From: Mytilus californianus
Lineage: Eukaryota
Direction of reading: 5' to 3'
DNA: 64,000 bases
Assembly: GCF_021869535.1 (NCBI RefSeq)
Contig: NW_026262740.1
Span: forward strand, 124,001 to 188,000
Shown here: positions 49,170 to 62,898 of the stretch, piece after piece
Layout of the letters: each line of letters begins with the position of its first letter
How positions within the stretch are numbered: position 1 is the stretch's first letter
Position numbers and translations under genes: made by a program
The notes under the pieces: generated by a model
Told to the model about the DNA's origin: nothing
What the model saw: the letters and a program-made list of their open reading frames with translations, nothing else
Databases searched by the model: none

Positions 49170-50427
49170 AAATGTTATCTGAAAATGTCCATCGGGGAGA
49201 AGACTGTCAGTAGTGTCAGGCGTTTGAAACTTTGGTTGCAGGGTCGTTTATATAGTGGCAAAGATATTACAATTGCTGTGTTTGGAGTGCAGTAAATAAC
49301 ATTCTTGGTTTAACCCCTGACGGAAATTTCCTGTATTAATAGCGGACATAGATTATATCGCACATGAACTATGGCTGAATAGGGCTGGAGATCCAACAGT
49401 TCCGCTAACGTTTCCGATACCTGTACTTCGTGACAAGAGAGGAATGTCATAGTGGAGAAGTAATCATGATTCATCCAAATTCTCGAGAATTGGTTATATT
49501 CGTCGACAAGACTGCAACGGGTTGTCCTTTCTTCCATAAAAGACAATGAAATCATAAACAATCTGATGGCCTTCGAATAAATAAAGGGATTGCTAATTAG
49601 AAAGTTCCACGAAGCACATTCGATTTCAAACATTTAGTTTCAGACAAATCGATTTACAAGTAAACGATATAAAAAAAAAACTTTGTACCAAGTAAAATAC
49701 AATTTAAAGAAAGTGGTTCAGGAGCAACTATATCTTTTGATACAATTCATTAGTCATTATATAGAGATAAGCTAACTGAACCTGCTTTATTACGTCCGAA
49801 AGCATGATACACTATTGAATACTTTATTCATATGATTTGCACCACATGACTTTGGCTCAATGGATATTTACAAAAATGTTGTGCAATTTCCAACATGAAA
49901 TGCGTTAAATTTGAATTTTACGAAACGGGAAGGATGAAATTATCATGTTTTTAAAGAACTTTGCCGAAAGCTAAAGAAAGCAGGTAATACAAACGTAATT
50001 TAACCTGAAAATTCAACCTACAAGGTGTTTCCCTATATGTGGACTAATCATGAACAATATCTTCTTGTGTCTTTATTTCTATTTTGAATCCTGCTTTTTT
50101 ACGACTTATGTGGAGCCATATTCCCAGATGATCCAAACAGTTACATATGTCAAACACTCAATTGTCAAGAAAAAAGATACAAAGGAAATATTGCTGCTAT
50201 GGAAAAAGAATATCGTGAACCTAGATGTTCATTTGTAAGTGCAGATGTTGTTTTTCAATTAAAGCATATACTAGAAAGATTAAATAATTGGGAATTAATC
50301 AAAGAAGTTAAAAAGTCCGTAAAATCATCTACAGAAAACAACAAACATTACTATCCATTACATGAAGAATGGGCAGCTTCATACAAACCTTTGTAATGCT
50401 GGTCGATTTTAAAATGATAAGTGTAGT

Positions 50428-51800
50428 ATTAGTGCTCTAATGAATACAGATGGCATCCCTCTTTACAACTCCTCTAAAGTAAAGTTTTGGCCCATATGTT
50501 TAGCCACCAGTACAAAGGTTTTCACGAAATAATATGGCAATCTGGCAAGGAAAAGGTAATCCTCCTTTTGTCCAATATATTTACTCATTTGCCAGTTCAT
50601 TAAATACTTTATACCAGAAAGGATTTTCAATATCTCCTACAGGATATGATAATTTGAACATTAAACTATATATCATATGTGTTTCAGTGGATTTGCAAGC
50701 TAAAGCGTACATAGCTAACATGTCCATGCACAATGGGGATTATGGCTGTTCATTACGTGAAGAACATAGGAAAGTAGTGAAAAAGGGAAAAGATCATGTT
50801 CGTTCCTATCCATACCACCCTCCAGAGGACAGACCTGAAGTCAGGAATGCAATAGATATTCTAGAATCATGTCAACAGACAACACCACAGAAAAGGATAA
50901 AAGGTGTATGCGGAGTTTCTGAATTGTCAACATTCAGAAACTTTCATATTGTAGAAGGCTTGGTTCCAGACTACATGCATGGGGTGTTATTGGGAGTAAC
51001 TAAATATGTGATGAAATTATTGTTTTCTGCAACTAATAGCTCAAAACCGTATTTAATTGGTAAACACCTTGATGAAATATGAAGAAGGGTTCAGAAAATG
51101 ACACCACCAGATTGTATAGAGCGCTTAACTAGAGATTTAGAAAAGCATTGTGCTAATTTTAAAGCCACAGAACTACAATGGTTGCTTTATTAATTAATTC
51201 CTTGCTTGAAAGGAATTTTGCCAGATTTATACTTAGAGCATCTTTGTAAGCTATCAGAAAGCATTTTTCTTCTTTTACATAACATTTCAACCACTGATAT
51301 TGACAGAGCTAAAAATCTCAGTTTCTATCGTGACTTTGAAGATTTGTATGGACACTAGTGCTGTACCTTGAATCTTCACAATGTAGCTAAATGGGGTCCG
51401 TTGTGGGCTTGGAGCTGCTTTCCATTTGAAGACTGCAATGCAGCTATTTTGCAGGCTGTGCATGGAACAGGTGATATCACAAAACAGTACATTCATACAA
51501 AACAGCAAAAAATGGAATTAAATGCTTTAGACATAACAAAGTATGATGGCTGCACATTCCAAAACTCGTTTCTACTGAGCATGAGCCAGAATAATCGAAG
51601 TTGGAAGAATAAAAAACGTATGAGTAGCTGGGAGATTATTTTCCGTGTCTGCAGATCACATACAAGATGAGATGTTGCATTTAGTACATGTTAATAATTT
51701 GTCTGAAGTACTCAAATGTATTCGTGTTGACATCTTTGGTCAAAAGTATTATTCAGAAGAATATTCTCGTATGATAAAAAACGTCTTTGCTATTATGTAA
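50428..51800 (+). pseudogene. CACTA/EnSpm (Tnp2-type) transposase, decayed
   Basis: Motifs in order: MNTDGIPLYNSSKVKFWPI, VDLQAKA..MSMHNGDYGC, PDYMHGVLLGV, PPDCIERLTR..FKATELQWLLY*..P.L.GILP..YLEH, LYGH*CCTLNLH..KWGPLWAWSCFPFEDCN..VHGT, KYYSEEYSR. One frameshift and at least three in-frame stops. Confidence 0.88.
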
Positions 51801-51815
51801 TCAGCAATACAGAAA

Positions 51816-51947
51816 CCCCCAAGGGTGACTGGGGAATAGAAGTAGGATCACCATTGGTTGTCCTCCGACCGGCAGTAAAACGCTTGCCAAAATGGGGCGT
51901 CCGTTTGGCTGTGCGGGATGTACAAATTTGCAGCCACGTCCGGTCGG
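51816..51947 (+). mobile_element. SINE-like element, 5' fragment at the transposase 3' end
   Basis: CCCCCAAGGGTGACTGGGGAATAG through GCAGCCACGTCCGGTC. Confidence 0.8.
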
Positions 51948-52674
51948 AATGTTCTTTATATGGTAGTCCAAGTCAGTAGCCGGTAGTTCAGTGGTTGTCG
52001 TTGGTTCATATCTGTCATATTTGTTTTTCGTAAATAGTTTTGGTATCATTCACCAGTCCCGACTCCCCCTTAACTGCATTTTAAAAGTAGCATGTTTTTC
52101 AATAAATTTTAAAATAAGCTCTGGATATAAACTCGGTATCCATACTTATATATAAAGTGTCATCTCAATGTCTGATCGAGCTTTATGGGAAATGCCAGGT
52201 ACTGTCTCCGTATTTCGTGGATTCATATTCAGGAACATGACATTCATCAAATCGCACGATGGGGGTCTTGGTACAAGTTGGAGTTGTTCATCTTTTCGGA
52301 GCACAAAATTCTTCCTACAATATGTCATCTTATTTTCTGGGCCCTAGGTTTGTATTTGTCTCTTTACTTTCCTCATTTGTTGACCGACTCGCCATTTTCC
52401 GAGAAATAATTAAATAAAAATCAGTTGTACATACCCGGGATTTGAAGTGTTACGACCAAAGAAGGTGGACAGGATAATCAAACCCTTGATACGAAATGGA
52501 GAAAACCGAAGACCTACTGAATAGAAAATCAAGACATAAAACACAACCGGGGAATAAAACAGCACAGAATGGCAGTGTACACACAAACGCCGAAATATAA
52601 AAACAATTAAAATACCCGGACCCGTAAAACGAAAGAGGCCAAGGATACAATACAATACAATACAATATTTTTAT

Positions 52675-52775
52675 NNNNNNNNNNNNNNNNNNNNNNNNNN
52701 NNNNNNNNNNNNNNNNNNNNNNNNNNNNNNNNNNNNNNNNNNNNNNNNNNNNNNNNNNNNNNNNNNNNNNNNNNN
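52675..52775. other. Assembly gap (~100 N)
   Basis: Run of N flanked by (CAATA)n and (GATT)n microsatellites; linkage across it is not verifiable here. Confidence 0.99.
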
Positions 52776-53192
52776 TGATTGATTGTTGGTTGCTTAACGT
52801 CCAGTGGCAAATATTTCATGCATATTCAGGACGAGAACAAGTTCACAATAAATACAATAGGTAGGTTCTGTAATAGATTAAGGGATTAAGGTCGGAGAAA
52901 TTTAGACTGCCACGGGAAATGAGGGTATATTGGATAGGGACAGAAATTTAGCCTTGCAACAGGTCACCTACGGACCCCTCAAAGAGTTGTTGCAAGGGTT
53001 CTTAACGTGCAAAGAACGTGGCACTTTCTTTACACGAGGCATCGGATTTAACGTCCCCATTCTGACCGGACGTGGCTGCAAATTTGTACATCCCGCACAG
53101 CCAAACGGACGCCCCACTTTAGCACGGGTTTTACTGCCGGTCGGAGGAAGACCAATGGTGACCATACTTCTATTCCCCAGTCACCCTTGGGG
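52776..53192 (-). mobile_element. Young full-length SINE-like element abutting the gap
   Basis: Nearly identical to 42971-43390; the left TSD is lost in the gap. Confidence 0.92.
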
Positions 53193-53577
53193 GCACATTC
53201 GTTTTGTGTCACAAACCTATGCTGTGTCAAATATTCAATCACAATGCAAATTCAGTGCTGTTTTAAGCTTAAATGTAGTGTCCATACTTGCTCAACTGTT
53301 CAGGGTTCGACCCCTGCAGGAAAATCCGGTTTGCTGTCACTCTGACAACCTCTTGTTTTTATTTCTTTTGAATCTTGCAATTAATTTGATTGTCATTGGT
53401 AAAGTACATATCTGCATTGATCGAGATTCCCCTGGTTCTTGGTCCTTGTGATACGTACTAAATTGTCCATCATAATAATGATTATACAATCTCTGAGGCT
53501 GACTTTAGCTTTTCTATTCCTGCTGCAAATTCATAACAATATTTCGTATTTCATCAGGTAGATATTGTATTAGCAGA

Positions 53578-54000
53578 AAATCCTCCCAAGGGTGACTGGG
53601 GAATAGAAGTATGGTCACTTGGTCTTCTTCCGACCGGCAGTAAATCGCTTGATAAAGTGGGTCGTCCGTTTGGCTGTGCGGGATGTAAAAGTTTGCAGCC
53701 ACGTCCGGTCAGAATGGGAACGTTAAATTCGATGCCTCGTGTAATGAGAGTGCCACGCTCTCTGCACGTAAAGAACCCTTGCAACAACTCATTGAGGGGC
53801 CCGTAGGTGGCCTGTTGCAAGGCAAAATTTCTGTCCCTATCCAATATACCCTCATTTACCCGTGGCAGTCCAAATTTCCCCGACCTTCATCCCGGATTGC
53901 CTCTATTACAAGACCTACCTATTGTATTTATTGTTATCGTCCTGAACATGCATGAAATATTTGCCACTGGACGCTAAGCAACCAACAATTGATCAATCAA
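53578..54000 (+). mobile_element. SINE-like element with 10-bp TSD
   Basis: TSD TATTAGCAGA at 53568-53577 and 54001-54010. Confidence 0.92.
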
Positions 54001-54029
54001 TATTAGCAGATATCGCTATTTACCTTTTC

Positions 54030-57000
54030 TCTTCTAGAACACGTCTCTTCATTTCTAACTCAAGCTTATACTGCTTGCACGATGTTTTCATGTATTTAAC
54101 GAATTTGGATTGATATCTTTCTTGTGATATGCAATTGCACTTTTTTTTCACAGGCTTTGAGACATTCAAATAATTGCATGCATATTTTTAAATTTATATA
54201 ACTGAAATTATTTCGTAAAGTAAGTATACGTAACTCTCTCAAGTTTATCTTCGAGAATTACAAGGTTTTTTTTGCAACATCATTTGTTTTCTTGTCAAAG
54301 CATTTGGAATACATTTCATTATTTTGAAAACAAAATGAATTAGCCTTTTTTCTGATAACTCTTTTCTGTTTTTCAGAAATTACCTCCGGGACAACTTTAT
54401 GACTGAAATATTCGAAAAGTGTTTTGTATTCCTTGTCATCCATGAGCAAAAATGGTTTTCTGTTTATACCTGTATCTATTTATTAATTTGTGTTTATTTG
54501 TTATTATCAATCAAATAAAACACTTTAATGATAATCCTATTGTCTTTAAATTCCAATATGGGTTTATTGTTTATGAAATTCCTTTTCAGGTCATCAGTTG
54601 CTGAAAAATGAACTTCTCCATTTTTCCTCTGCATCACACAAAAGTATGACAGGCCTTCCTCAGCAACTGAAGCCTTCGTCAATTTGTCGAAGATCTGAAG
54701 GGTGCTAGCAAGTTTTTTTCTTTCCCTGTCTCGCCTTGTTCTTTTAATTTGTTGTGGTGTTCCTGAGGTTTCACCTCAAATTTCCCTTTTGATCCCCTTT
54801 TCCTCTCTAAATAAAAAAATATTAATGAAACGCATGTTTATAACATGTGAACTAAGCTAAGATATACAGTATTTAAGTAAATCTCATGGCATATCTCAAG
54901 ATACAATGATAACATGAAGGTATAGGTTTCCTTGAAAACAAAAAACTACCAACAGATTGTTTTTTTTAACAAATGAAAATTTCTTTAAATTCTATAACAA
55001 ATCATTTTTAAACTTTATAGATTATCAGCATTGTAAGAACATACTAGGAGACATAACAACTGTGTCTTGTTCCTGCATTGGAAAATCAGGACTCTGTTCT
55101 CGGTCTCCGTCAATCATTTGTTCTGTGTCTTCTATGTTTTCTTGATAAATAAACACACAAAATTTAAATTTTGAACATAACAATGGACACAGGAAAATTT
55201 TTAGAAAATCTATAATGTATGAGATCATTAAAAAAAAATTTCTTTCTAAAATATGGTGATATCTTTTTTGCAATAAAATTCTACAGCATCATTAAGATAT
55301 AAGTAGAATATATCTGGCTTCTGTACCAAGTCAGGAATATGTCAGTTGTTGTCCATTCGTTTGATGTGTTTGTGCTTTTGATTTTGCCATTTGATTAGGA
55401 CTTTCCGTTTTGGATTTTCCTCGGAGTTCAGTATTTTCGTGATTTAACTTTTTATGATATAATGCACATAGCATGCATAGTTTTAATAAATCCATACGAC
55501 ACAGATAAATAATTACCTTTAAGATATTTTCTTTTGCATTTTGTAAAGTCATATTTTTTTTTGTCAGCCAGCAGTGAAAAATTGATATACAAAGTAACAT
55601 TTACTTACCAACTGCAATTGAGGTATCTATTTCTTCTGCCACATATAAGGGGGTTTCTTCATGTTCATTTGAATCTGTAATAAGCAAATTGTTTGATCAT
55701 GAATAAAGTAATGGATATTTTACACAATGATACAAATAAGTCTTTTGTGACTTATATTGATTGATTGTTAGTTGCTTTACATTCTGTATTAATTTTGTCA
55801 AGCATGTTCAGGACAACTTAAGGTCATTTAGAAGATGATTTTATATAAGCTTACACAGTAACATGATTATCCATGCATGTTAATCAATCTTTTATCGATA
55901 CTTTCAACAGTAATGGCTATATCAGGGTGGTCATATTCTATTAATGGAGGAAGTCAGAGTACCATGACCTTCAGAAATTTTACAACATTTATTCTTATTC
56001 TTCTGAATTAATCTGCAATTTATCATTTACATGCAATAAGTCCTGCACTTGTAGTACATTCTGATATACCTGAAGATTAAGAGAATAAAAAGACTGATTT
56101 GAAGAAAATCTGCAATGATATTTTTACCTTTCTTACTCAATAAGCATGCAATTGTGTATAATTTAATCAATGTTAATTTTTGCTATCAATTAATACATTC
56201 AAAACCATCATGCTTTTTTTTTTTATAAAATACACTTTGAAAAAAGCAAATTTGTGTCAAATTTAATTGCAGATGAGTTGTCTTCAAGGTCATTTTTAAA
56301 TACTCTAAGAGACAAAGTTAACTATCCCTTTCTTTGTTCTCCATCAAATAACCAGTGTTGTACATTTATAAGCAATATATATCTTTAGGAAAGTGTTGAA
56401 GGGTTAATTGTTTACCTTTATGAACAAATGCATTGTTTTACTCCTGATCCACATCAAACTCTTCATCAAGAAATTTGAGATAGAATCGGTATGATTTCAT
56501 ATTCTTACTATTGATGGTATAACAGATTATTTACACAGCTTCTTTAGTACAAGTAATCTTAATGTTCAGTTCTAAAGATGCATATCAAGTTTTAGCATAT
56601 TCATTAATTACCTGTATTAAAGCAATTTGGAGCACCATATATCTCAATAAATATGCCTGTATGTAAATTCTGGTGAATCATTTGTGTTTTGATGGTTTGT
56701 GGAAATATTGTAAAAGAGTTTTCTGTGTGATTCTACTTTGCATATCAAACAATTTTGTCAGTGTCAAAACTCGAATACCTTCTCACACATTTCCAAATTA
56801 CCTTATTCAATCATTCAATCTAAAACGACCAATCGACGAATAAAGCTTGCATGAATATACAACATCTATTCATTACATAGCAAGTCAGGCTTTTACATAT
56901 TGTCTTTAAATCTAAACACCATTTCCATTCTCAATTTTACCATACTTACAACTTTTAATCATTGCCTTGTAAAGGGTGTGTATTTCATTAAAGATCTTGC

Positions 57001-57838
57001 ATTTAAACTCTCTCTTTTATCAAGTTCGTCGATACACACTTTGAGCAATTGCAGTTGGTGTTCATTTAACTGGTTTAAAGTAGGTTTCAGCAAGATCTTG
57101 CCTTCACCCAAACATCTATTGTGCAGCATATCAAAAGGATTGTTACTAAAAAAAAGGTATAAAGAGGTGTAGTTGTGGTCAAATTCAGCTCTTATCCACT
57201 CATTTTTGTTATTGCAACTAAAATTGAACATACCAGTAGTTGCAATGTAAGAGCTGTTCCAAAATTGATCTAGGTGGGGGATGGATGTACTCAAATTAAT
57301 GAATTGTGAGATATTACTTTTTACTTAGACATCTGTAATAAACGAAAATGCAAGTGAAATGACAATTTTATAGTATTTGTGGTTGGGGTTTCATTGAAAT
57401 GCCTCCCACGCGTTTAATTCTATGACAGTACAGGGCTTAATCATCTGGAAATGCATTTGTTTATTTATAACACCATTTCCTCGTTAATGTTCTACATTCC
57501 ATCGAACTTAACTGCGATCTGTTACTAAATACGATTGTTATAGGAATCCCAAATCATGAAAATTGTTCTTGAGAATTGTGATCACTTGACCCGAGTTGCT
57601 TGTTGATATACGTGTATTACATCATATAATCAGTGACCGATGTGATTGTTAACTTGGAATTGATAGAAAAAAAGCCATATTTTCCTTCTGGGTTTTGTCC
57701 CATTTTCTGTCTCTTGCTGCTGTTTTCATCTTTACCAGACGCAATTTTACATAGATTGTGGCTTTGATCTTCCATAGACACATTTTCAATTATATAATGT
57801 TCATCATCACTAGATAGTAAAGATGAATAATTCATCAT
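54030..57838 (-). pseudogene. Decayed multi-exon gene of unknown function (possibly a transposon accessory gene)
   Basis: Phase 1-1 exons at 55609-55674 (DSNEHEETPLYVAEEIDTSIAV) and 55045-55140 (ENIEDTEQMIDGDREQSPDF..MSP). An acceptor at 54807 opens a K/R-rich exon broken by a frameshift near 54.71 kb. An exon at 54258-54469 reads MDDKEYKTLFEYFSHKVVPEVISEKQKRVIRKKANSFCFQNNEMY, and a donor-ended block lies at ~54030-54160. ORFs 56959-57294 and 57617-57838 may belong to the same gene. Confidence 0.5.
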
Positions 57839-60499
57839 GATAGAAATACAAGAATATACAGTACAGAATCAGATCTACTCTAATATTGTTAGGTTGCTTT
57901 TCTAGGCACTTAATTTAGATATGATTATGTTGACAAGGTAACAAGACAAAACAAGTGACTGTTGTAGTTAATACTGAACTTCAATATTCAGACGTTGAAC
58001 TTCAATACTTGTTCAGGCCACATTGCATTTAAGTTGAGAAATTGAAGCTCCTAGGAGCCTCTTCTTTTAATCCCTTAATAGATAATTATTGATGACTGCA
58101 TATTAAAAAAAAATCATTGCAGAGAACTGTCAGTCATAGGGTGGTTGCATTACTGTCATTTGAATAGGAAATATGTTATGGCCAAGAACACCAAAACGAC
58201 AACAGAATGTAGGGCCTCGTCCTTTAGTCCTAAGCCGAAATATTGGAGAGGATCAACTTATGAAATTACTACGAGGTGTAGAAGTGTTAAAGGCATGGCA
58301 TCAAATATGAATTTGCATTCGGCAACGTCAAAGGCGTCGAGATAGGGGATATATCAAATGTGTTATCTCAGAGCAAACCGCATATTTATCTTTTGTCCAA
58401 AGAGAAAGATAAGAACATTAAATTTTACTTAAAGTTACCCAATACAAAAAATGTGGGTAGGGAGAGGGCCAACTTAGATACATGTTTGTATGCTTGTCTT
58501 TCATTTTGCTATGTGCTTGTCTATATGCCTTTTTATGTTTCTTTGATACATATATGACGTGACTCTGTACTTATACATCTCGTCATTGTGTTATTGTACT
58601 ATGGAAATTTGTGTATTCTTGTCTTTAATTTTTGCTAATATGCTTGGTCTATATGCCATTTTGTGCTTCTTTGTTACATATTTTCTGAGTGTGTTTTTTT
58701 TTAGTGATTAAGAATACAACACAATGTTGACTGCTGTACCCCTATTTTTGACATTTTTACCTATTATGTCTGTTTGTTTTGTTCACGCATCGTTGTCAAT
58801 ATAATGGAATTTGATGCGACTGTGATACAAGTGAGAGGATTAGCTAGCTTTAAAACCAGGTTCAATCCACAATTTTCTACATAAGAAAATGCCTGTACTA
58901 AGTCAGGAATATGACAGTTGTTATCCATTCGTTTGATGTGTTGGAGCTTTTGATTTTGCCATTTGATTAGGGACTTTCCGTTTTGAATTTTCCTCGGAGT
59001 TCAGTATTTTTGTGATTTAACTTTGTTGCATTGTAACAAAAGGGTCCTGGTATCATTTTCAAATTTTAGTATCTTGTTTGTGACAATGTAAATTATACAG
59101 TAATACTTTTTTGTAATCTTTTTTTATCTTATATCTAAAACTGCAAAATGTACAAAAAATGATCAAGATAAAAAAGTTCAGAAAGACAACTTATGACAAA
59201 GGATTCAAGAGGGGTGGACAGTTTGTGAGGGAGGTGGAAGGTGAAGGGGCAGGAGGTGGGAGACAAAAAAATAGGTGGGAGAAAAAAAAATGATTCTATA
59301 AGTGGGAGAAGGGTACCACCCTGTCCACCCCCTCATTCAAGCTTGATAAATGCACAAAGATTTAAATTTTTATGAATTAATTATAGTTCGTTGAATAGCA
59401 ATTTTCGTGGTTGTATCTAAACCACAAATGTATACATACAACACAAAAAATATTTTATATATTTCTTAGCGGAGGGGCGACAGTCGAGGTGTCGTGTGCA
59501 AAACTTTTCATGTTACGTAGTACGATTTCAGCTTCCGTTTGGCAATTTGAAATATTGTAAAAGATCGATTTGTACGTGTTTTAAAATCAAATGTACTCTA
59601 CTACAGTCATGGAAAATTTTCTATTTACACAAAAAAAAGGACTAGCGATACACATATCCAAGGATCAAGTTGCATTTTGTAGTTATACAGTTTGAGTTCT
59701 ACAACAATACACGTATGTCTTTCGATGAAATGTTCAGCGATATTATCATATTATAATAAGGTTTATGAAAGGTAATAACCAAAATACCACATCCCAACAC
59801 AAATCAAAACTTTTTACTAGACGTTAAAGATTTATCCGAGTACTCGCGAGTATCATGATCGAGTACTCGAGTATCCATTTCAGATCTTTTGACATTCCTG
59901 TTATATACATACATAAAGATATATACCAATACATTATGCATATAGTATAGTGTCGTACGTAGTTTCTCGATCAGAAATGAGGACACAAGTTCAATAATCA
60001 AATGAAACCTGATTCAACGGGGGAGTTCAAAGTAGTAAAAAGTAATCACCGTATCAAATTATTGTTACAAAATGAACATTAACCAACTTATTCATGGTAT
60101 GACATCAACATTTCTGACCTCTGATGAACTTCTCCGATTTAACATGCTGATTTGAACAAGACTATTCATGTTCAAAGACTTCCCGGAAATATACCTGGAG
60201 CGATAATTGAAATTTCTACCGAAGTTGATAAATTAACTGAAATCGCTTGAAGCAATAGCCTGATTCATCATAGATAAAGATACAGATATCGGGAGATGAA
60301 GCTCGTGTCGTATTTCAATTTTTTTCATATGTTTCATGTCAAATTCTTCATCCCAAACATAACTGTCTTATCAGGAACAACAAACCATTGCGATTGTAAA
60401 ATATGGCGAGAACTATGATAGTTAGAATTTTTCATTTCGGCTGATATGAAATTCTTACATCTTATACTAGGTTTAAACGGGGCAACTGCAGAATTCATT

Positions 60500-60930
60500 T
60501 GATTGATTGATTGAGTGTTGGTTGCTTAACGTCCAGTGGCCAATATTTCATGCATGTTCAGGACGAGAACAAGTTAACAATAAATACAATAGGTGTGTCC
60601 TGCAATAGAGGCCGTCCGGGATGAAGGTCTTAGAAATTTAGACTGCCAAGGCAAATGAGGGTATATTGGATAGGGACAGAAATTTAGCCTTGCAACAGGT
60701 CACCTACGGACCCCTCAAAGAGTTGTTGCAAGGGTTCTTAACGTGCAGAGACCGTGGCACTCTCTTTACACGAGGCATCGGATTTAACGTCCCCATTCTG
60801 ACCGGACGTGGCTGCAAATTTGTACATTCCGCACAGCCAAACGGACGCCCCACTTTAGCAAGGGTTTTACTGCCGGTCGGAGGAAGACCAATGGTGACCA
60901 TACTTCTATTCCCCAGTCACCATTGGGGGG
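60500..60930 (-). mobile_element. Full-length SINE-like element
   Basis: (GATT)n tail to CTATTCCCCAGTCACCATTGGGGG; no clear TSD. Confidence 0.9.
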
Positions 60931-62307
60931 TCCTCATCCAGTAGACGCATCTTCTAAATTAGTACAATAAGACAAAATGCAACCGGCCACGACATACAAA
61001 TTAAAGATTCCATTGCCCTAAGTGATCATTTGTACACCACGCCCCTGTCGAAGGACAATAAAATACCAAAAGAAGCAACATTATGTACACAGTCTACAAT
61101 AAACTCTTCACTAGAGGATGGATAAGAAGTCATATGAACATACACGAAAAGTAACGAGGGAGAAATAACAAAGACAAACCATCATTACACCATCCACGAA
61201 AAAAGGAATATATGCAGCAGTCGTTTATATGAAAGGACTACGCCAACCGATTTATGCCCAGAAAACAATCCAAGACAGTAATGAGAGTAACTGTAAGAAT
61301 ATCTCATCACTTTTATAAGACTTTTATATTTCATATAATTTACTCACAGAAAGTCTATTCAACAGAATACAATTGGAAGCTAACAGTAAATTTAATAGCA
61401 GCCAACACTTAATGTCCTTACTCAAATTGTAAAGCTATTTTTGGACGAGGCAGTTCTCATTATCCTAGAATCTGCAGGAATAAGTCTGAGGACATCTGCA
61501 ACATCCAAAGCTTACTATACCTAAAGCGTTGGTTGCCTAATTTTCGCGAAATGACTGCAAAAAAGTCATCTTAGACCAGTTTTGGTAAGGTGCAGAACTA
61601 AGTGGTTTAGAGACTCACTTAAAATCTTACTTACTAGTATCTCATTTTATTTCTTCATTGTCAGTTTGTACGTTTTCTCTCAAGTAGACATTTTGTGTAG
61701 TTGGGTGTGCAATTTATTTTGAAATATTTGTTTAATGAAAGCAATTGTTTATACCTTATTGCAGAATGTACATGTATTTACTATACAGAACACTCACTTA
61801 GAACTGTGACTTTGTTCTATCTCACATTACATGCCAGAATAAAGTGGCATATTGCTGGTAGTGACAGTAGGAAAGCAACACATAGAAAACAACTGTTGCT
61901 GATTGACTAGGGGTTAAAAGATGATATGCTTTCAAACTGCATTTCACGTTTTGCTTAGCCAAAAAGGAAGGTCCTTTTTCCTTATTATATTTTCCCTATA
62001 CAACTTGGCGTGGCATTATAAAAGTTCAATTGTAAATAAGAATAAAACAGAACATTTTTTTTTTCATTTCACAAGGTAAATGTCAGTACACAGACGGGAT
62101 CTAACAGCTTGAAGATATCTTGAAATTCATCACAAGACGAAGCAGCATTCTACCAGGTGGATTTGACACTTAATTCTCAGTTACTTTCACGAATGGAAAA
62201 TGATATCCAAGCCTTTCAACTTGCACCTTAAACCTAACGTTGTCTGACATAAATACTTATGTTTTTATTTTTGTATCGTATGGAGCTGGTATTTGTCTCA
62301 TTCACAG

Positions 62308-62898
62308 TTGCAGTATCGTTGGCTATTGTTTACACTAATCAAAATTTAGAAATAAACCAAAATATAGATGTAGATAACCTCGGAGCTAACGTAGACCATG
62401 ACGTTGAAATGAGCCCCAATATTTCAACAGGAAAGGGAAGTCGCCACGAATATGCAGAAATGGACGAGTTGGAAAAATAAAATTTCATTTTATCATCACC
62501 CGAACAACGAGATCTTACTAATGCCGGCAGCTCAAGCGATTCGTCAAATAGGTTTCGCCTACCAAGCGATGGTTGTTTAAATCCATATCAGTCATTGCTG
62601 CCTACATTACAGCATTCCGAAAACATTCAGGATGATTCTGATGAAAATGATACTGCCTCAGGGCGTATAAAAATCTGTATATATCTCTTCGGTCAAATAG
62701 AGAAGACGATTTAAGACTATTTTCAAGAAATTTGTATCAATCTCTTCAATCAAACATTGACGTCTGCGTATAAAAATCTGTATATATCTCTTCGGGCAAA
62801 TGAGGACTTTATTCAAGATGTACCAGTGTACAGTAGTAGTAGTGATGGATGAACACATAAAACAAAATCGATCCGAATATGAAGGACAATAGTAAACG
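62308..62898 (+). pseudogene. Decayed exon resembling a receptor juxtamembrane/cytoplasmic tail with multiple YxxL/M motifs
   Basis: Acceptor TTCACAG at 62307. Reading frame VAVSLAIVYTNQ..HEYAEMDELEK*NF..NPYQSLLP, then shifted frames AYKNLYISLR, RNLYQSLQ, AYKNLYISLR..VPVYSSSSDG*. GTATGT donor at 62899. Confidence 0.5.

Noticed and set aside
60100-61560. Possible exon or retroelement remnants (minus YVWDEEFDMKHMKKIEIRHELHLP..; plus A/C-rich ORF fragments)
   Set aside because: Short, stop-interrupted and with no motif I can recognise; would need a tBLASTx/HMM search.
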